From Candidatus Thorarchaeota archaeon (lineage in GTDB: Archaea; Asgardarchaeota; Thorarchaeia; Thorarchaeales; Thorarchaeaceae), in contig JBHLRZ010000016.1 of NCBI GenBank assembly GCA_048882045.1, positions 1-64,000 on the forward strand: DNA of 64,000 nucleotides. The letters run 5' to 3'. Shown here piece by piece: positions 58,464 through 64,000 of this stretch. The notes beneath the pieces are model-generated. The model saw nothing but the letters and a program-made list of their open reading frames with translations, did no database searches and was not told where the DNA came from. Positions within the stretch are counted from its first letter, which is position 1. Each line of letters begins with the position of its first letter. The position numbers and the translations under genes were made by a program.

Positions 58464-59909
58464 CTCCTTCTGATGGTCCCGATGCACAAGGGTTTGTCCA
58501 TCGACCACCCATGCAAGCGCTAGAGCTTGAAACTCATCTGCCCACTTCATCACAATTGCAGGAGCTACACCAAGAGATCTTGCAATCTCCCTGATGGACA
58601 TCTCACCGTGTTCTTCAACCATGAGGTAGGCTTTGGTCTTCTCCGTGCTATCCATTAGGTCTAGATATCCCTCAAGTGTTTCCTGCGTATGAGCTAGTTT
58701 GGCTTTGGTTTCTTCAAGGTCCTTAGTCGATCTTTCGAGATTAGCCTTAGCTCTATCAAACTCAGACTTGAGCCGTTCTAGTTCTCGAGCTTTGTCTCCA
58801 GATTCGAAGGATCTTAGTCGGGCTCGAATCTCCTCCATTTCAGTAAGTCGATCAGCAGTCTTAGCTTTCTCGTCCTCTAGTTGCCCTGCCTGAGTCTTCA
58901 AATCTCCAATCTCTAAATCCTTCTTTGCTATATCATCAGAGAGCTCTTTCGACCTTTGTTGAGCAGTTGTTATTCTATCTTCGACTTCAGCAACTTTCTC
59001 ATTAAGAAGTTCATTTGATGCCTCAAGGGTCTTTACTTTCTGCCTTAGGTCCAGAAGGACTTGTTGATCAGTCTGTGGTGCTGCTTTCAGAGCAGCAAGT
59101 TCCTCTTCCAGTTCTTCGTTTATGACCTTGAATGAAGCATTGTCTTTGCGAAGATTCTCTATTTCGGTTTCTCTTGTTTCAATCTTCTGAGTGGAGAGAG
59201 TAAGTTCTTGAGATAGCTCTTCAATTCGGCGTTCGAGTACTTTCATCTTGTCAGCAATGTCCTTTGGGACCTCAATTCTGGGCTTCATTCCCAATTCTGA
59301 TGCCAAGAATTCAACCTCTGTGGTTGCTCGTTGAGTAAAATCATCAATGTTTGACTTGAGTGCGGTTAGTTCTTCATAGGTGATTTTCATTGCTTCCTTC
59401 AAGCTCTCTGTCACATCACGAACTTTCTCAAGAATCGGAGTTGACATACCTGTTGTGAGGGAATCTTCCACCTTGGAGAACTCTTGTTCAACACGTGGCT
59501 TGACTTCAGTCTCGATAAACGTAGACTGGAGATTTGTCTTTGCAGCACGTTTACTACTGCTGACAATGTCACCACGCATTGCGACAAGGTTTCCCTTCAG
59601 GCTGACCAGAAATGATAGAACAACTGGAACGAGGTCTCTCTCGATTCGGTCAATTGAACCATCAACTGTCATGATGTTACGTTCGAGGAGACTAATACTG
59701 TCCTGTAGTTTCTCAAGGCTCTTGTCAATCTCCATTCGTCGCCGTACTTGGTCAGCAGATTCGACTCTCATCACGTCACTCTTCATCCGGCCTGATTCAA
59801 TGAGCTCTTGTCTCATTTCATCATCCACACCAAGTTCGGTGAGTAGATCGTCGACAACTCCACCTTTCTTTCCTGATTCATCAGACTTCTTTTCAGGATC
59901 TTCAGCCAT
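58455..59909 (-). CDS. Long coiled-coil protein with C-terminal winged helix
   Basis: Extended heptads; KAYLMVEEHGEMSIREIARSLGVAPAIV.KW. Confidence 0.82.
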   Translation of the reverse strand: MAEDPEKKSDESGKKGGVVDDLLTELGVDDEMRQELIESGRMKSDVMRVESADQVRRRMEIDKSLEKLQDSISLLERNIMTVDGSIDRIERDLVPVVLSFLVSLKGNLVAMRGDIVSSSKRAAKTNLQSTFIETEVKPRVEQEFSKVEDSLTTGMSTPILEKVRDVTESLKEAMKITYEELTALKSNIDDFTQRATTEVEFLASELGMKPRIEVPKDIADKMKVLERRIEELSQELTLSTQKIETRETEIENLRKDNASFKVINEELEEELAALKAAPQTDQQVLLDLRQKVKTLEASNELLNEKVAEVEDRITTAQQRSKELSDDIAKKDLEIGDLKTQAGQLEDEKAKTADRLTEMEEIRARLRSFESGDKARELERLKSEFDRAKANLERSTKDLEETKAKLAHTQETLEGYLDLMDSTEKTKAYLMVEEHGEMSIREIARSLGVAPAIVMKWADEFQALALAWVVDGQTLVHRDHQKESE

Positions 59910-60020
59910 AAAGAAACCTCACTTTCCTCAAACCCGTAAAGGCAGATGGAAAGGTAGCCAGATAATACATAAATCTATTCGGTGAAAGCTCCAATGTATC
60001 TAGGAGCCTGAGAACGCGCA

Positions 60021-60857
60021 ATGCGACTGAAGATTGAGATGCAAGCAAACATACACAACCGTGGAACTTCCAAGTTGCGTCGAGGTGTTATGGTTTGGCA
60101 TCTTTTCACGGACATGGAAAACCAATTTGTTGAGATGATAGACGTCTTTCCACCAGCGAAGGTCACTGAAAAGGCAGAAAATAACATGGTTGCAGTGATA
60201 AAGATTCCAGAGTTGAATCCTGGAGAAAGCTTCTCCCCATCTGCAGTCCTAAGAATCGACACAATAACTAGAGACTGGTTGATGGAACCACAGATGACCC
60301 CTGAGAATCTTGTATCTCAAGCCCGAGGAATGTATTGTACTCTCCAGAGATATTGGGAGATAGATGATCCATTGATTCAGGAAATGTCCCAGAAGGCGGC
60401 AGAGCGGACTGGAGACGACGAGTCTTATGCCAGACTTGTCTTCGAAAAAGTGCGTGAACTAGTGAAACTAAAGACACACCTAGACGAGCGTAGAGGAGCA
60501 GCTCGAGCAGCACGGGAGAAAGAGGGAGACTGTGATGAGCATGCGGACCTGTTCATAGCTTTGGTTCGTACAGTACACATTCCAGCAAGGAGAATAGTTG
60601 GTCACTATTTCAGGGGAGATCCTGAACCAGAACCTCACGCTTGGTGTGAGGTGTTCCTGGAGAGACAAGGATGGGTTCCAGTAGATCCAGCTTTGGGACA
60701 TTTTGGTATTATGTCCGAGAACTATTTCTCTAGAATCAGAGAAGGTCTTGTTTCCGAGAGACCCACGATTCATCTGAAATGGAGTGGAATTGCCAGTGAG
60801 GCACCCTCTATAGAAGAAGAGGTCAAAATGACAGTTCTCAAGAACGGCCATAGTTAG
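60021..60857 (+). CDS. Transglutaminase-like (Cys-His-Asp) protein
   Basis: GDCDEHA, IPAR.VG, HAWCEV, GWVPVDP. Confidence 0.9.
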   Translation: MRLKIEMQANIHNRGTSKLRRGVMVWHLFTDMENQFVEMIDVFPPAKVTEKAENNMVAVIKIPELNPGESFSPSAVLRIDTITRDWLMEPQMTPENLVSQARGMYCTLQRYWEIDDPLIQEMSQKAAERTGDDESYARLVFEKVRELVKLKTHLDERRGAARAAREKEGDCDEHADLFIALVRTVHIPARRIVGHYFRGDPEPEPHAWCEVFLERQGWVPVDPALGHFGIMSENYFSRIREGLVSERPTIHLKWSGIASEAPSIEEEVKMTVLKNGHS

Positions 60858-61579
60858 AGACCGCGAATCAATCCTGTTGTTTCTAACTGAACGAATAGTT
60901 CAGCGCCAAAGTGCCAGCATGCGTGTGTGTCGAATATTGAACACATCACCTTGGGGAGTAGAGGTTCTTCGAATGCAGAGTGCAGAGTCCCCGCAAGATG
61001 ATGTGTCATCAGTTCTCCATACGCAGCTACCTGAGGTATGGAATCGATGAATCGTTTCTTCGTCTGCTCGAGAGGACCGGGTTTATAGTCGCAGACATGG
61101 ATGACACCATTAACAACTCTTACAAGGTCTACATGTCCAGTCAAACGATATCTCTCAGACCAGACTGGTACTTCAATCGCTATGGTATTTGGATCCTTTA
61201 GAAGGAACTCTTTCAGTATATCATGACCTGCAGAGTAACTCAGGTCATTTCGAGACCGATGATACTTTCTAAGTAATTTGACCAGTTCATCATCGACAGT
61301 TGTTTCAAGCTTTCCAGATCGTTTCAGCTTTTTACGAAAACCCACCTTCTTCGCAGAGGACATCTCTGCTAAGCTAAGTCTTGATGCTCGATTATAGAAC
61401 GGATCTTCAAAGGGAAGTTGTGGCACTTTTCCAATATGGATTGAATTCAAGTGAGCCCACAAGGAGAAGAGGTCACCCTCATCATTACCAAGCTCTTTGT
61501 GATGCGCTATGTTCCACTGAAATCCATAAGCGATTTTACCATGCTGAAAATCACGTCGTAGAATATCTTCTGGAGCCAT
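60854..61579 (-). CDS. PD-(D/E)XK nuclease (RecB/Cas4-like, no Fe-S Cys set)
   Basis: IEVP, GHVDL, CDYKP, QVAAYG. Confidence 0.82.
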   Translation of the reverse strand: MAPEDILRRDFQHGKIAYGFQWNIAHHKELGNDEGDLFSLWAHLNSIHIGKVPQLPFEDPFYNRASRLSLAEMSSAKKVGFRKKLKRSGKLETTVDDELVKLLRKYHRSRNDLSYSAGHDILKEFLLKDPNTIAIEVPVWSERYRLTGHVDLVRVVNGVIHVCDYKPGPLEQTKKRFIDSIPQVAAYGELMTHHLAGTLHSAFEEPLLPKVMCSIFDTHACWHFGAELFVQLETTGLIRGL

Positions 61580-61624
61580 AGCATTCTCAGAAGGTTTTCG
61601 GTTTCAATCTATTTAATCCACCGC

Positions 61625-61672
61625 AAAAAGAGGAAAGTAGGAAGAGGGAGATATCAATTCCCTCAATCCTAC
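61625..61672 (-). terminator. Hairpin plus U-tract terminator
   Basis: GTAGGA.GAGGGA / TCCCTC..TCCTAC stem; TTTCCTCTTTTT on the minus strand. Confidence 0.55.
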
Positions 61673-61682
61673 AACTTACAAT

Positions 61683-64000
61683 CTATTTCTTTTTCTTCAT
61701 CATTATGACAATGATGATGATGACAACAAGTACTCCACCTACGATTGCGATTAGCACGAGTGGATCAAGGGTTATTCCAGGTCCTCCGACGTAGTTGTCG
61801 AGTTCAAACACTGCATCTGAATCGTCTGTGGAGCCAAGGACACCATCGGAAACAGACACACGAATCAGGTATTGATCACCATCATCGTGTAATGTTGTAT
61901 TCCACTCATACTGCATAGTATTCAGTCCAGATGCGAGCAGGGACCAGTCCCCTCCGTTGTTGTCACTGTAATAGACATCAAAGGTCAATGGATCACTGTC
62001 ATAATCAACTGCAGTCCAGTTCACTAAGACCATACCACTGAGTACTTCGCCACCATTTGGATCGGTGACTTCGACCATCGGAGCCCTATTCTCAGTGAGC
62101 CAGCGGAATACATTCTGCAGTAGGATGTCATTATCACTGTCATAGAGAATTGGTACACCATCACCATCGTAGTCAAAGTTGTATCGTGGGAAGATATAGT
62201 CAGCTGAGAAGAAAACACGACCCATGCTGTAGTCTAATGCGGCCATCAGAGTGAGCCCATTGGCTGGAGTTCCATCGTCCCATGTTGCTGTTCCATCTGT
62301 GTCAGTTCTGACAAGACTTGTTGCACCGCCGATGCTGATGAACGCAGAGGTCCACTGAAGCTCGAGGCGTTCAACCCCATCCATGATTGGATGATTGCCA
62401 AAGTTGCTTACATTGTAGAAGATGTTCTGATGACTGGCATCGAGAAAGTCATCTGTGTCAGTAATATATCCTGTATTGTTCAGATCCAGCCCAAACTCAT
62501 TACCTACTAGGTCTGCTTCCAGTCCATAGACTGTTTGACCTCCAAGTAGAGCCAAGCCACCTCCTCCTGATACATAGTTGACAATGTCAGTTAGTTCACT
62601 AGCTGTATAGTTAATGGACCCGTCTTGAATAACAAGGGCATCTGCATTATCTAGCAATGAGGAATCAGTTGTCCAGTTATCTATCCACCTAATGGTATAA
62701 CCATTTTCAGTTAGGAATTGACCAAATCCGTAGTAGGATAGGGTGAGCCACCAATTTCGTCCATGTGATTCATCGAAGACCACGAATTTCTCCTTAACGC
62801 CACCACCAGAAGCCCAGAGAACTGCATTTCGTGCGAACTGTGCGTTCTGCGCATCGAAGTAGGTGAAAAACGAATCACCGTCCGGATTGGTGTACTGTGA
62901 GAGCATGTCCCAGTCAGTCACTACTGATACTCGTCCAAGACCGTAGCTTGCAGCTGCTGCAACAGTAAGACCGTCTGCTGGTGTGCCATCACTATAGAAT
63001 GATGTGGCATCATCATCTGTTGTCACCAGGGCAAAGCCATTCGCTGGATACTCAAGCAAACATCCACCCCTGTCAAACTCGACACTGGTGACCTTCAGTG
63101 TAATCGAATGGGTATTGATATTCTCAGGTTGATATGGCGTGTAGGAGGATAGTGTGTCATTCAGGTCATAGATATAACCGGTCGTGTTTCTAACAAACCC
63201 GAACCTGTTAATAACAGGATCCAGCTCATTTCCGTATACACCCCAGTCTGTATAGACAACCAAACCTCCACCAGAGGCAACGAAATCCTCTATTACAGTA
63301 ACCTCTCCAGCTGAATAAACTATGTCACTGACTACTTGGACAAGTACATCACATGCCTCAAGTATGCTTGGATTCCATGTTGTCATCGCAGAAACTGCGA
63401 ATCCGTCAGATACGAGATCTAGGGAGTAGTTTAGGAGAGCTCCTCCAATGTATCCCATAGGTGAGTGTGATGCGTCAAATACAACATGACGGGTCAGCTG
63501 GATTGCATTGACAAGAATGTCTTCTTGTGCCTGACCAGATATGTACAAGTCAAATCCGAGTATCGCGATGTGACCCTTTCCCATGGTCCTATGACCAACT
63601 ACAGGGAGTGTACCGTCATCAATAACATTTGTAAATCCTGTAACATTAAAACGAAGAGTTCCATCTGTTCCAGGAAATGTTGATGGTATACCTCTTGCGA
63701 GTGCATTGTTTGCATCAATGACATTGTTTGTAGCACCAGGATATCCATATCCATTATTATACTCAATGAAACCAGTTGCATTAAGCATCTGTAGTGACGG
63801 ACCATGTGGAATGGACAATAGTGAACCGTAGCAGTCCAGTGCCACAATATTACCACCATTTGCAACGAATGATTCTAAAATTCCATTCCACGCTGCACCG
63901 ATTGCTGTGATATTATCATCATAGAGTCGTTCTTGCTCAGGAATCAGAAAAACATCATAGTCCATGATCACTGATGGAAGATCGTTATAATCAGTCAAGT
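61683..64000 (-). CDS. Surface protein with repeated GIFT/DUF4350 (class I GATase-like) domains, an Ig-like domain and a TM anchor (5' partial)
   Basis: Repeats VVFDASH / VVFDESH, FV..GG.L, GRV; PNGGE Ig domain; C-terminal TM plus KKKK. Confidence 0.8.
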   Translation of the reverse strand, partial: LTDYNDLPSVIMDYDVFLIPEQERLYDDNITAIGAAWNGILESFVANGGNIVALDCYGSLLSIPHGPSLQMLNATGFIEYNNGYGYPGATNNVIDANNALARGIPSTFPGTDGTLRFNVTGFTNVIDDGTLPVVGHRTMGKGHIAILGFDLYISGQAQEDILVNAIQLTRHVVFDASHSPMGYIGGALLNYSLDLVSDGFAVSAMTTWNPSILEACDVLVQVVSDIVYSAGEVTVIEDFVASGGGLVVYTDWGVYGNELDPVINRFGFVRNTTGYIYDLNDTLSSYTPYQPENINTHSITLKVTSVEFDRGGCLLEYPANGFALVTTDDDATSFYSDGTPADGLTVAAAASYGLGRVSVVTDWDMLSQYTNPDGDSFFTYFDAQNAQFARNAVLWASGGGVKEKFVVFDESHGRNWWLTLSYYGFGQFLTENGYTIRWIDNWTTDSSLLDNADALVIQDGSINYTASELTDIVNYVSGGGGLALLGGQTVYGLEADLVGNEFGLDLNNTGYITDTDDFLDASHQNIFYNVSNFGNHPIMDGVERLELQWTSAFISIGGATSLVRTDTDGTATWDDGTPANGLTLMAALDYSMGRVFFSADYIFPRYNFDYDGDGVPILYDSDNDILLQNVFRWLTENRAPMVEVTDPNGGEVLSGMVLVNWTAVDYDSDPLTFDVYYSDNNGGDWSLLASGLNTMQYEWNTTLHDDGDQYLIRVSVSDGVLGSTDDSDAVFELDNYVGGPGITLDPLVLIAIVGGVLVVIIIIVIMMKKKK

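Noticed and set aside
58455-59909. SMC/Rad50 protein
   Set aside because: No Walker A/B, hinge or zinc-hook motifs
60854-61579. Cas4 or CRISPR system
   Set aside because: No four-Cys Fe-S set, no other cas genes and no repeat array in the window

Overview
Gene-dense archaeal chromosomal segment with about 55 CDS. I found no tRNA, rRNA, CRISPR array or mobile element. Gene content points to an Asgard archaeon, most likely Thorarchaeia (inference): thermosome, Rpo6, Cdc48, Topo VI and AK6/Fap7 sit alongside two gelsolin-fold proteins, two roadblock proteins, three longin-domain proteins, a V4R/Bet3-like protein and an alpha-SNAP-like protein. From 1 to 35 kb the window holds surface proteins, an orphan m6A methyltransferase, housekeeping genes, a glycyl-radical enzyme operon of unassigned class and a ThiR-regulated thiamine ABC transporter with a visible operator. 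From 35 to 60 kb it is rich in eukaryotic-signature genes. These include a gelsolin-roadblock-longin cluster, a ProGel-like/SNAP-like/polyproline/V4R run downstream of hsp20-cdc48, an AN1 zinc finger-site-2 protease fusion, a divergent Topo VI followed by a coiled-coil-wHTH protein and a nuclease, a NifB-like radical SAM gene outside any nif context, and a tandem NPRL2/NPRL3-like longin-winged-helix pair. Non-coding highlights are a GC-rich three-way-junction RNA in the hsp20-cdc48 leader, a WGTACW-N12-WGTACW palindrome shared by the thermosome and hsp20 promoters, and a structured hisS leader. All family calls come from motifs recognised by eye; no searches were run.
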